Source: Raillietiella orientalis (lineage: Eukaryota). From it: a stretch of 64,000 nucleotides of DNA. Both the position numbers and the translations under genes were made by a program. The notes beneath the pieces were generated by a model. It worked only from the letters and a program-made list of their open reading frames with translations, was not told the origin of the DNA and searched no databases. The DNA is taken from contig JAYWIR010000002.1 of the NCBI GenBank assembly GCA_036172245.1, positions 434,001-498,000 on the forward strand, read 5' to 3'. Positions 52,001 through 64,000 of this stretch are shown piece after piece. The number at the start of each line of letters is the position of its first letter. The stretch's first letter is position 1.

Positions 52001-55000
52001 TTTTTGCTTGGCAGCCTATTCCGGAATTCGACAAGAGTAGCCAGGATGTCGAGACTGTCCCGACTCGTGTTCTGTGCACGGGAAACAAGCGAGATGCACG
52101 TTTTGTTGCCATACACCCATGGTTGTCTGAAATGTTACAGCAAGGATCATTTATTTCTTTTGGGAGCCCCCAACAGAAATAAATGATCTTATTTTCTAAA
52201 TCTGCTCTTTGATGATAAAATTGACAAAATTGTCTTCTAAATGTGTGGTTTGATGTGAGCTCGCATGAGATGCAAGGAGCATCTTCACACCTGCAATAAT
52301 AAATTTCAATGGCGAACCTGCGACAAATTTCGGATGGAATCTTAAGAGTTCTGATTACTCTTAAGAATTCCTGCACGTCCGTTAAAAGAATGTGCAAAGT
52401 TCAATGATTAATTACGTAGATCATGAGAGTTCCTGACACACTGTATAGAAGCAGAACAAAGGAGCACTTCAGAAAATGCAAATCCAACTCCCCCCCATTA
52501 GGTAAGCAAGAAGTTTCATTTCCAGAAAAATAAGGGATGCCCTTAATGTGCATGCATCCGCCACTCGTAAGCGGAACTGCGGCTGCGTTTCGCTGGTGAT
52601 GGAGAGATGCAGGAATTGACAAACGTTTCGCACACCTCTCGATCACTTTTTTTTGTTTATCTTCATCTGTTGCGACATGACGGTCCAGTAGGTCTTGATC
52701 AGATCGCTCACGCCGTTTGGTTGGTTCCCTACACGAGAAACTGTTCTCCATCAAGAGGACTCGAAAGGACAAAATGTCGAGGACAATTGATTCGTGAACT
52801 AATGATGTTTCTCTTGGTTTCCTCCCTTACGTGAATTCGTGACGACGTTCAATTGGGTATGTCCTTCGTTCATTGTAATATCTTGAATCCGAACTCCATC
52901 TGATGTAACTGCAATTGTGGAAGGATCACTTCCATTAAGGTGATGAACGAGAACCACACATTGATAGCTGATTGAATAACCACTTTTTTTTCCCCTCCTT
53001 TCTACACGGAATCCAAAATACGCCATCATGCATACCCCTCCGCGCGCCTTTTTTGTTTGCTCGAACAATTACATTATCAGTGCTTTCATTCCAGGGCAAG
53101 CTTCTCCAGTGATTTATACCCCTCTGTCTAAGAATGTGTAAGAACTTTGGCGGCTGGAGAATTCAAACCACGCCTTTCCCCCCCCCCTCCCCTTCTTTAA
53201 GGTGTACGTTTTTATCCCCTGGCTATCTTTTTCCTGGAAGTACCAAAAGAACTCTTTAAACCTTTTCGCAACCCATCGGAAGTTTTGAGTGTGCTCCTTT
53301 CGATATTTATCCCTGAACTCAAGTTCCTCCTGCACTCGTTCTGTAGGAGCTGGAGATGGCGAATCGTAGGAAAACTTGGTTCCACCGCATGTGACCCGTT
53401 CCTGGTATTGCATTTTCGCTTTTGTGCTTGTAGGTCGCTGCTTCTATTAATCTGAACGTTAGTGAGTCTTTTTTCCCCTTTCGTCTGTTGCTTGGCGATA
53501 GGTCTTACGGTTCTTCTGCAGGGCTTCAAATTCACCCTCCTCGTGAATTCGACAGATTCGATGATTTCCAGCAGCCACTTGCTCTTCGGTATTTTTTTTT
53601 TTTCCCCACCGATAGCGATGTCTTTTAAAAGTTCGATCTTCCGCGGAGTTGACAGTTCCTTTCATCTTCGGAAACAGGGCGTGGATTCCATTTGATTTTC
53701 CCCAACCTGCAAATTATCGGTGACTAGGATTGCGCTTCCGCGTTCACCACACGGCCAGTTTCAGCTCACCTGACGAAAACTGCACGGCCCTCGCATCAAG
53801 GTGGACTTCCCAAGCTCCCCCTGAATCCTGGAACGCCTCGAATTCGCGTGTCCCGCTGTTTCCAGGAAACAGTTTGCCATTTCGTGACAGAACCTTTAGC
53901 ATCGCATGCACACGAAACGCTTCCCAGTTTTAAAGCGCACATATCTCGCTGCATGCAAATAAGAAATTGCAAGCAGCAGCAGCAACAACAGAATCAACAT
54001 CCCTACTTTTTCCTTCTAAAAACTCGAAGCTCAAGTCTTACACGACCTCTGATTACGAATCTTTCAGAGGCTGGTTGCCTCTGAGAGAAACCTGGGTGTC
54101 GGAAGCCTCGAGCAGTTCGAGTTGCCCTGCACGCAGACAGAATTTTCCTTGGCACGCGAGTCACTCCACAAGATTTGGCACGTTTTTTCGTCCCTAATCC
54201 GGAATCATCAGAAACAAGTGGAATTCCCTTTTTTGCGATCGTGCGGTTCCAGGACGCTGCGCTGTACAGCGCATGTACAACAAAGGCTAAGAAGTGGTGA
54301 CTGCTGGCAGCAGATCTCGCCACAGACAGAGAGCTACCACCAAGCTCCAAGCGGCCGGGAGCAGTAGGCAGCATCCGTGAAAGTCTTCAAGGCATTCAGG
54401 GGGAGGCCGCCCTGCCTCGAGGAGTGTAGGTGGACGCTACCCCGTGTTTGATTCCGGGAGAAATGCATTGGGTGTTTCGGAAAGAGGGAGCACTGTGTGG
54501 ATGATGAGTCAGCCACTCGACAGCCGGTCTGACTTTGACCTCGACACTTGACAACGTGCGACGTGCCGTTCGACCCTCCGGAGGGATAGATGTCACGGAA
54601 TGGTCCTTTCTCTTGCACCATAATGCAAAGCGGCACCCTGGTTCGCGGGGAATTCTCCCACAAAACTTCCCGGGACCGCTCTGTCCGATCCCAGCGGACA
54701 TCTCTTCTTTGGCCATCCCGTGAAGAATTCCATCCGTGGGCGTTTACGGGTGCAGACGAGCCCTTGGTGCAGAACAACAGGAGAGCCGGGCGCTTTCGGA
54801 ACCACGGAAGGTCACACGGAAAAAGCGCATGCAGTGCTGACTACCTCTACAGGCTTTCGGCACTTCAAGAAAATTTTTGGCCAGAGGAAACAGCATCCTC
54901 AGAAATGACTGAGTGGTTTTAGGAGGATCTGGGGCTGAATCCAGAAGCGGAACAGACTCGATAAAAGTAGCGATGGATGCATCTTAATCTGATCCTGTGT

Positions 55001-55551
55001 AAAGCCTTCCGCATCCCTCTAAGGGCGTTTCCATTGCGGGAGATGTCTGAAAAGAAGGACCTTTGATGGAATGAGTTTCGCGATGAATTTTTCTCGAAAG
55101 CAGATAAAAGGGGAATTTAGTGTCGTGGGAGTGTGTCTTGAAATTATGGGAGCAGCGCACACTATTCATTGGGAAATGTACGAATGAATCCCAACAACTT
55201 TCTCATAAAGCGGAATTTGAATTTCAAGCAGGACGTGTGCTCTGAAAGCCAACCCAGCACGTAACTCGATCTGCGGTCGTCACTCCGTTTCCTCGAGGAA
55301 GTATCGGGAAAATGGAGATTGGTCGATGGAATTGAAGGGATGGAATCGGCGGTGTGTTTCGCAAGCGGCGTCCATTCCAGCTTTTCCATCCCGGCGTGTT
55401 CTAAACCGGGAAGAAGACTTTCGTTTATCTTGCTAGGTGCACGCGAGTTCACGACGAGGGAAACCAAGGAAAACTAAATGAATTTTTTCAGTAACTCCGA
55501 AATTCCATTTGCTTGAGGGCAGATGATTTTTTGGGGGGGGTTGATCAAGTA

Positions 55552-56239
55552 CGAGGAGCATTTCAAAAGTACGGGCCGATCGGATATCAGAAAAGAACAA
55601 ATGAGAGAAACAAAAGTGTATTCGTGGTTCTAAAGACGTACATTACCATGTCATTTTTCCACGCGGTCAACATTTAAATTTCGGAATTGTCTGAGGTGTG
55701 AGGACAGCGTCAGTGTGTGGGACCAGAAGGGTGGTGGGCTTTATGGAGCCTGGAACAGCCATTGCTTCGCAAGTCTGCTGCGAAAGACTTTCCAAACTGC
55801 GGCGGGCCATTCAGATCCGACGATGTGGAATGCTGAGATCAGGAATTGTCCTTTTCCTTCAGGACAACGCACGCCTTGGCAACACATGCTGCCCGCACAT
55901 TCTAGACAGTTCAGAAATTCAGATGGGGACTTTTTCCTGCCCAGTAGCTTCCACGTCTTCCTTCCTGCACCTCCAGGATTCGCTCAACGATTCGAGGGGG
56001 ACGGTTAGGAGTGGAAAACTGCAGTGCTGCTGAACTGTCTGAACTCCCAGGCAGCGGAATTTCACGCAGAGGGTCCAGAAAAGCTCCTTCCACGGTATCA
56101 AAAGTGGTTGGGAAAAACTGGTGACCACGTGGAAAAATGGCACGGTGATGCATGTGTTTAGAACCACCAATACACTTTTGTTTCTCTCATTTGTTCTTTC
56201 CTGATATCCGAGCGGCCCGTACTTTTGAAATGCGCCTCG
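55552..56239 (+). mobile_element. Defective mariner element (Hsmar2/irritans-like ends) with ~118-bp inverted repeats and a C-terminal transposase relic
   Basis: TA-flanked ends CGAGGAGCATTTCAAAAGT ... ACTTTTGAAATGCGCCTCG. Inverted repeats 55552-55669 / 56122-56239. Internal frameshifted FMEPGTAIASQVCCERLSKLRRAIQIRRCGMLRSGIVLFLQDNAR and NSQAAEFHAEGPEKLLPRYQKWLGKTGDHVEK. Confidence 0.92.
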
Positions 56240-58962
56240 TACTACAGTCATGACATTGGATGACCTAGCATGCTGTTGCACACTATTCGATGTTAAACAC
56301 TGTGTGACACACTATTTGACGGTGAATGCTACGAGGACCGCAGCAAGAGGTCTTGAACTTTTAAGATAAAAAAAAAAAAAGAGGAACCTTCCAAGGAAAA
56401 GTCGAGCAGCTTGTGCAACAAGCAGGTCACGTCGAAATTGCAATTAGAAGATCCTCCTGACAATCAGAGTTCACGACTTTTGCAACGTAGCGTAAGAACT
56501 TTTCAAAAAAAAAAAAACATCCCTGTTATCTGTTTCTTGTAAATTGTAGCAGTAGCTTCTCACCGAAAGTGTTCAAAAGTTAACGGTGTCCCAGAAAGCA
56601 AAGAAACCAGTCGCCGGTCTTTCGAGAACTCCAAAAGTCGATAACACGTGAAAGAAAGATGAAGAGTGTGATTACACTGGAAAGGGAGCGATGGTGAGAA
56701 CGGCTGCGGATCACGCAGTCGCGTTTCTGAAATTGGTGGTCAGGGCAGGATAATCGCGCGGGCAGGATGCCTTCCAAAGTACCTTCCTGTGAATTTTCAC
56801 CTCGGGAGATTGAAAGCGACCTCACGGACGGATTCAGTGGAGCGCTCGGCCATGCGGAGCCGAGGCTTGGGACTTCAAAAACAATCCGGAATCCGAGGAA
56901 TCTCTTGTCATTCGGGAACGGTTGTCTATTCCTCCTGTCAGCTGGCCTCGTTCTCCTGCATGACTTCAGAAACGAACAGCAGCATTGGGCATTCTCAGCA
57001 CTTCCGATTTCTTTCATCCAGACTGCCTTGATCTGGCACGTAATTCGAATCTCCCCAACCCTTAGATCACGATCTCATTCTTGGAGGAGCTGCTGCTGCG
57101 TGGGGTCAGGAAGCATGGCTAACTGGTTAATGATCAGATATTTCCACGGAGGTTTTCACGCACTCCCGGATGGCAAAACAAACATTTAAAACGACCACAG
57201 ATTCCCGAAGCGTGTAAGCAACCATTCCCTGCACAGCGCCATGACGAGATCTTCCGCGCATACGATATTTTGGTGGCCCTGCCAAGCCCTGCTTTTCCCC
57301 AACCTTTCCCAAAATGTCGGCTGGAGAATTCAGATCATCACTTGCAGCTGTTAATGCAAATGAAACCAAAACTTCTAAAAACTTGACAGCACGTCGGGCG
57401 TCACGGCAATCCGATTCTGTTCCATCGTGCGGTGATACAATCTAAAGGGGAAAATTTCAAATCGTGTTGCTTCATGAGTGTCACTGTAGATGGCCATCTC
57501 GATTTTCCGCGACCGTTCACGTGATTTGTTGCTCTCGGAAAAATCCTCCAAAACATCCACCAAAAGCCGACTGTAGCGAACGAGACCAGGCGCGCACCCA
57601 CCTACCATTTGGAAAATTCCCTAGTTTCGTAAAAGAAGAAGAAGAAGAAGAAAGTCGCTTAGAAATTATAGGCGCCTCGCTTTAAAGCGCCTGCCAGGTT
57701 GTTTGCTCTCAAATGTCATCATCACTTGGTTCGCACATCAGGGAAAGAACGTCTGTGTTTTCGGAATCCACAAACCGGATATTTTATCCGCTTTTTTTTT
57801 TTTTTTATCGCGTCCTCATCTTCCTGCATGGTGCATCCCTTTTGCACACGAGGGTTGAGCACCTAACGCGTCGTTTCCGAAACACTTCAGACACTTCCAG
57901 CCACAGCGTGCAGATGAACAGCTCTCTGTTGAAACTCTTCCACCTTTTTCAAGATTTTCAAAGGATTTTCACGGTTTCGGGTGTCGGTCACTGTGCTGCG
58001 TACTTTGCAGGACAAGAACTCGCATTTCTGACCCCAGCAAGGCTTCGTTCGTTTTTTAATATCTTAGACACTCCCAAACTCTATCACTCCTAGCTCTGAA
58101 CACGTTCTAAATCTACTGTTGGCACAAAAACGAAAGCATTAATGAAAAAGTCATTCCTTTACTTTCTATGTGGTTATATTCTGAGATTTTTTTTTTTTTT
58201 CTTTCTTGCGTCAACTGAACATCAAAACGAAAAGGGAACTAACTATCTTTCGGATATTCACCACAGAAAGTTATTCCTCTCTGCTGGAAAATTCTGAAAT
58301 CTTTTCCTTTTAGTCCAGTGGATGACGTCATCCTCCTCAAAGTGTTTTGGTTGGTAGTGTTTTTCCTGCTAGCAGTAACCATTTGGGGATGGCTTCAAGC
58401 ACATGATGCATCCGCACACAAGCTCGTTGTCCCTCTAACTGATGCTTGCTGCCACAACCCAACTCTTTGAAGATACAGACGTCTTCAAGGTAAGACTTGT
58501 ATTTGATCTCTCCATCGAGCAATAAAAATGTCGCCTTCTTCTCTAGGAAGAAACATGCGCATGCTAAAATATGCGTGTTCCCTTCTCACATTCGGAATTT
58601 AAAGAGCCATCGTCTGGTTTCAATCAATGAACAGTTGACGTGATAATTACATCGCGCCTCCATCCACATTCGAGGTGGCATTAGATGATACGACAGTGTT
58701 ATGTCTAAATGTATTTTCTTGTTGACTTTTGGAACAGCTGATACCGCAGGACGGAAGCTGGTGTCGGCCAACCAGACTGTACCTGGGTCCGATTCCAACC
58801 TAGGACCGGATCTGGTGTTGCAGAAGGCGGATCGACGCTGATCCTCGAAGTCTCTCGGGGAACTTCGAAAACAAGGAAGAGGCACCCAGCTTCACAAGAT
58901 CGGAAAAGGAAAAAGGAGATTGCCTTGCTGTTTACGAGAAAAGGTCTTCAGGCGTGCATGTA

Positions 58963-59873
58963 TTAAAGGTGCGCTAGGCTCGTGGTACTCTCGGAGCGAT
59001 GGGGCCATCCGTGAGATAGGTATCCCGAGGAGGTATGGGGATACGGTGAGGCACTTGGTGGTGGCATCATGTATCCAGCACAGTAGGGACATCTAGTGGA
59101 TACACCTCCGAGACATCCTCCAGATGATGCCATCAATCTGCAACAAGGGGCGATAGCAGAAGAGAAAGTGTTTCTCTTTTAACCCATGAAAACTGAACAT
59201 GGTTTTAGCCCAAGGAAAGGTAATGACCACACACTATGATGCATCCGCATCAGAACAAAAAAAGAGCATTTGTCATGCCTCACTGTTTTCATTCGAGAAC
59301 ACCACAATGTATTTCTGATCAGTTTTGTTCAATTTGTATTTCAAATGCTGAATGGTGTTACAAAGGTATTTAAATAGATTTTCTTCTCGATTCCTCGTTT
59401 GTTAACTGGATGGTACACTGCAGAACTATAAAAGGTGGCTGTAGAGAGAAGGTGGTCGTGGAACAACAGCACACCTCCGACAGAGGTGGAGTTGCTGACA
59501 AGAAAATATACGTAAAAAAAAAACTTTGTGTTTTCTTTAATGGATCGCAATCCTTGGATATACGTCCGTAATCTTCTTCCTTGAACTCAATTTTGCGATC
59601 TCATTACTGAGAAAACGAAATTCTGCATGACTTTCGATGTCATTTTTACCGGTCCACCCGCTGCGCAGGCTTCATCTGCGACTCTTTCAATACTAGAATA
59701 ATGGTAGCCCATAGATCTCCAAGACTGTAACTTATACGCACGTGTCGTTCACACCAACTATACGATCCTATCTTTCTATTGTGATTGATCACAATATTGT
59801 GTAATCTCCTAACGATTCTGTAATGCTCTCGCAGCCAGGTTGCAGTTTCAGCAAATACATTCACAAAAATCTC
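58963..59873 (-). CDS. Candidate last two exons of an unidentified gene
   Basis: Exon 59873-59650 (TACTAAC branch point upstream; donor CG|gtaaaa) and exon 59137-58963 (pyrimidine tract, ttgttgcag|) are phase-compatible. They give ...FAETATWLREHYRIVRRLHNIV...VDR|LMASSGGCLGGVSTRCPYCAGYMMPPPS...AHL*. No homology recognised. Confidence 0.25.
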
Positions 59874-62800
59874 CTACACTGTATGGCACTGTTAGTACAT
59901 TTGAAATGGCACCTTTCGCAATTCAATGTAGGTTGGAGTTGATGAACCTGACCAGAAGAACCATGACGATGATCGAGATTGGTAAGACATGATTAAACAC
60001 CATCAGAAAATCTCAAGGAGCGGAGAACCATGATCTTTCATTGAGACAAAGATAAAAACAGTGGTGTGGTCATGAAAGTTCATTTAAAATGATCTTCTGT
60101 TGAGGCTGAGCGGGTTAAGAATCCAAATACGACTCCGATTTTCACTTGATGTGCGTGTGGTTCTCGTCCAAGATCCTTTTGCCCTGTGAAACTGGAATTG
60201 GGGCACGCTTGTCTATCACTGTGTACAGCTCAAGACGAATCGCCTCCTTTCCAAGACAAAACGCAGTGAACATCACATTTTTACCACCGGCATTTCACTT
60301 CCCTTGCCTTTCACAGCTTTCCTTGGGTCTTGCCAATTTTACTAACCTCTGGACTCGCTCGGTGAAGATTCCAACAAAAATGCTATTTCCAGCATTTCAG
60401 AGAATTTCCAGAGAACGGGAACTGACTTTTTGTCGGTGCTGTCGGCCATAATCTAATGACCGCGTGACACTCGATCTTGTGTGCGTTTCCTCCGCTGCTA
60501 CAGTTTCCACCGTGTGTACCAAACGCCACTAAGAGACTCTCCTGTTTTCTCGGCAGCAAGAGTTCATTCCCTTCTAGAGAGTAGGTCTTACCAAAGTAAA
60601 AAGAAAACTCGTCCTCAGTATCTTGATGCATGCTTTCCACTGATCATATAAGCGACCAATGGAAAATTCTCATCTCGCTGGTGTGGGATGCCCCGCGTGT
60701 CTGCCTGGCAAAAGGGAATCAAAGGGAATCGAACGCAGACCGAGAGGAAAACTTTTCAAAGTAAAGGAAACGCAACCCATCTCGACAGGGAGGACCCATT
60801 TGATTTGCAGGGACGGTAATGTTACCGCTGCAAGAAAATGCTGCAGCTCCGTTCTTCCGCCACTTCTTTTCTCTTCCGACGGGCTCTTCCTCGGGTGCCA
60901 TTAATCACGAGTAATTAGTGGAATTACTAATCTGGCAATGAAAGTTCGCTTCACGCTGACAAAAACCTTGCCGAGGAAGACCGAAAATTCTTACGATAGG
61001 AAATAATATCCATGGAACCGAACATTTCTCTCACTTAACGTGTTAGGAAAGATTTTGTGCGAACCTGGTATTCCTGAAATGATACATCCAGCTTTCTTGG
61101 AAAAGCTGAGCCTTGAGTAACCATCTATTACGGATGATTTATTCCGCCTTTGCAATACCTCTGAAGGTGATTTTTGCGGCTGCGCTTTCCCGTCCGAAAT
61201 GCCCATCATTTCGAATTTTTCTCTGTCCCAGCGAACCTGCCTCTCCCGCCTTCCTTTCCGACCGTGTCCCGACCTGATCGAGATCGAAGTCCTCGCTTCC
61301 CTGGAGTACCAACTCTCACACGGAGAAGCCGCTAAGCATGCGGAGAAATTTCGCGGGATGCGAACCCGAAACGGGTGTTTCGCTAATGAAATTGCCCTGC
61401 AGTGTCTCGCATGTTCCGTGATCTTTCCACCTCCTTCCCGGTGCCATCGCGTGCCCCCTCGCGGAAATGAAGAGCTACGGAGGACGGTGGAGAGAAATGA
61501 TGCTAAAATTCCTCCCGGAATTTCCACTGATTGCGCGAAGATCACGTGCAATTATTATTAGGAGCGCACGAGTTTTCCCATAAGTGGAAAATCCTTGCTG
61601 ATCACGGGGATGCGTCGATCTGTGTCCTTGCTGGAATCGTAGATGTGATCTCTCGAGGACTTCGGCAGTGGCAGTACAAAATGGTGCCACTGCCAAATGA
61701 GCATTTTCTTTCCCTGTTGGTTGGTCTGTCGAGGAGTAACAAGCTGTTGCAAAGGAACCGAAATCGGGAACGAGCAAACATACTGTCGACGAGCTGCCAT
61801 CCTACACTCGCCACGGAGTTTCCGCTGTTGTCTAACTGTGGATCTGTAAACAGATGGATCTTCCGATCACTAAGGGCAAACTGGGCACCCGCGATCCCGA
61901 GTCCTTTCCCATCAGAGGCTCCGGAAAGCCACGTGTCCATGGCGCCGAACGGATCCGGGTGCCGAACGAAGCGCTGGATCCCTCGGTCGCGCCTCGGCAG
62001 CTTCACGACCAAACGGCAATTCCTTCTTGTCTTCCAATTACTGCCTCTTCGGAGGGAAAATCTGGAGTGTTTCTGCGAAGACCACTTTCGTCGCGGAAGG
62101 GACAAAAGGAAAAGGAAATGAAGCAAAGCTGTTTATTTTTGGGAGAAGAGGGGGAGGGTAAAGGAAGGAAGGACGGCAATTTGGTCTGTTGGATGCCACC
62201 GTCCGCGGCAGGAGACAGGTTTCGATCTTTCCACCAGTTCGGATTCGGCAGGATGCTACCAAAGATGCTGCCGGCAGTGCCTATCCAGCCTTGGCAGCTC
62301 GCAGAGATACGGAATTGCAGGCAGGAACCGGGTGTAGCAGGTCGTGCCTACCATGGGACCCGCTCATAGGAATTGCTGAGCGATGAAATGCAAAAAGAAA
62401 AAAGAAAAAAAAAGAAAAGACAGAAAAAAACAGAAGAAAAAAAAAAACAAAAAAAACAAAGCAGCCAAATGTTTTGCGGGCTCGGCGGTGGTAATAAACG
62501 AATCCCCGCATTTCTCTCTGTTTTCACCAATTAGAAGAGACGGTTTTTGAAGAAGGCTGAAGATAAATTTCGGAAGGGTATGTCAGCAAATGCATTCGTT
62601 TCCCTGCTAAACGATTTTCGACAAGCCAGCTAATGGAACCGACCGTACTTGCTTTCATCTGTGCTCGCGTGTTCACGATTTGTACGCAAGTTCCTTTGAA
62701 GGCGCTATGATCGGGGCGAATTTGCATGCAAATACGATCTTTGCAGTTGGCATCCGTGATGTGCTCTGAATAATTCTTGCAAAATCTATGAAAAGCGATT

Positions 62801-64000
62801 AAGAACACCAGTAATAATAAAGAGAGCACGCGCAATTAGTGGGATCAAGCTCCTTGAGAACTTTCGAGAATAAAACCAACTTTTCGAGCACCCTCCACAA
62901 ATCATGCAGAGTGGGATGCTTAAAATGCAAACGCAGGAACAGAAGGTAAAAGAGACACAGAGCTCTAAAGTAAGAACAAAGTGTGAACTTGATTTGCATG
63001 TAGGCCTTCCCCCGCACGGAGGTTGAGGGAATGGAAGCAGGGTGGAGCGACGGGAGAGCCCCCCAGAGGGGGGAGAGGGGAAAACGGTTCTTCGACGGAT
63101 TCTGCCCGGTCGCCAGGAACGTTCGGGGTCGTGAGGGATGCGAACACGGAGAGCCGGGACTCAAGAGTATCGGGATCAGGGAAACTGCTTCGCGGGCAGC
63201 CCTCAGGAAGTCCTGCGAGAGCTCCGCGGTATGGCATTAGTCGGAAGTAAACTTCCACATGCTAGGTCGAGGAGACGGAAGAGCCCTTGGAAGTTCTCTG
63301 CAATCTTTGCGATGCTGTTGGTAGGACGCCATTAGCAAGATGCAGCCTGCATATGAGACAGAGCTTTTCTCTTGTCATCTGGGATGCTCAACTCTGCAAT
63401 GAGCACTTCTGCAAGGTAGCTGAAAGAGTGAATCTGGTTCCGTTTCTGTTTCTGAATTCGGTTTTCCCCCTCCTCTCCCTCCGTCACGTGAGTGCTCTTC
63501 TTCCTTTCCTTGAGGAAGAGCGCCGTTTGCTCGCCATTTGCTTGTTGCTGGAGGTAGCAAAAACCGGAGGTCCCCCGACATCCGAAAGTTTTTGAGGATC
63601 TCTTGGGATTCGCCCATTAAAAAGCCATTCGAATCGAAACTAATTCCCTCCTCCATTCACTTTAAGAGGGAAATGGGGGACCCAGGTTTGCCGGCTCGAC
63701 TTCCGGATGATTACACAGATCATTATGGAAGATGAAGGCAGCAAAAAAATAAGACAAAGTCATGGTCTCGAAGACGGAGAGTTTCCTTCAGGAGGAGGAA
63801 AAGTTCCAGTGAGGAAAGAAGAGACCAATTTCCGATGATAGGAGATATAAAAAAAAATGCCTTCATCTTCTATTAAGTTCACGTTGAGTCTACTCTCAAG
63901 GAAAATCATGGCGAAACAGTTGCATTAGTAGACAAGAACAACAACAAAAAATCGGCTGGCAGTTGAGGCTACGAGGTCGAGCGTCGGGATGGTGTTCAGA

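Noticed and set aside
58320-58333. Perfect 14-bp palindrome GGATGACGTCATCC (CRE core)
   Set aside because: An isolated short motif without the rest of the 55-bp element or a linked promoter.
63000-63400. Possible LINE reverse transcriptase C-terminal relic on the minus strand
   Set aside because: Only a vague resemblance, with no diagnostic RT motif such as YADD or QG.
1-64000. Prokaryotic systems (CRISPR arrays, operons, defence islands, rRNA)
   Set aside because: No regularly spaced repeat-spacer array, rRNA-like sequence or dense colinear ORFs. Gene structure is spliceosomal.

Overview
This is eukaryotic nuclear DNA, probably from an arthropod (a crustacean-like lineage is my inference). 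It has spliced genes with GT-AG introns, polyA signals and many homopolymer tracts. I found no rRNA, intact tRNA, CRISPR array or operon. The only confidently named gene is a 3-exon PI-PLC X domain-containing protein (PLCXD, +, 42383-46013) inside an AT-rich, CpG-poor domain. Three orphan single-pass membrane protein genes of similar architecture lie on the minus strand (7652-9716, 16729-17067+, 32146-32544). Other elements are a mitochondrial ND3 NUMT (31347-31526), a decayed piggyBac, a mariner relic with ~118-bp inverted repeats, a pogo/Tigger-like MITE, a long tRNA-derived SINE in two copies, and a nested AT-rich palindromic element (18360-19487) with ~380-bp apparently perfect arms. Most ORFs in the supplied track, especially in the GC-rich 15-25 kb region, look spurious. 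All family assignments come from motif recognition by eye, not from database searches.
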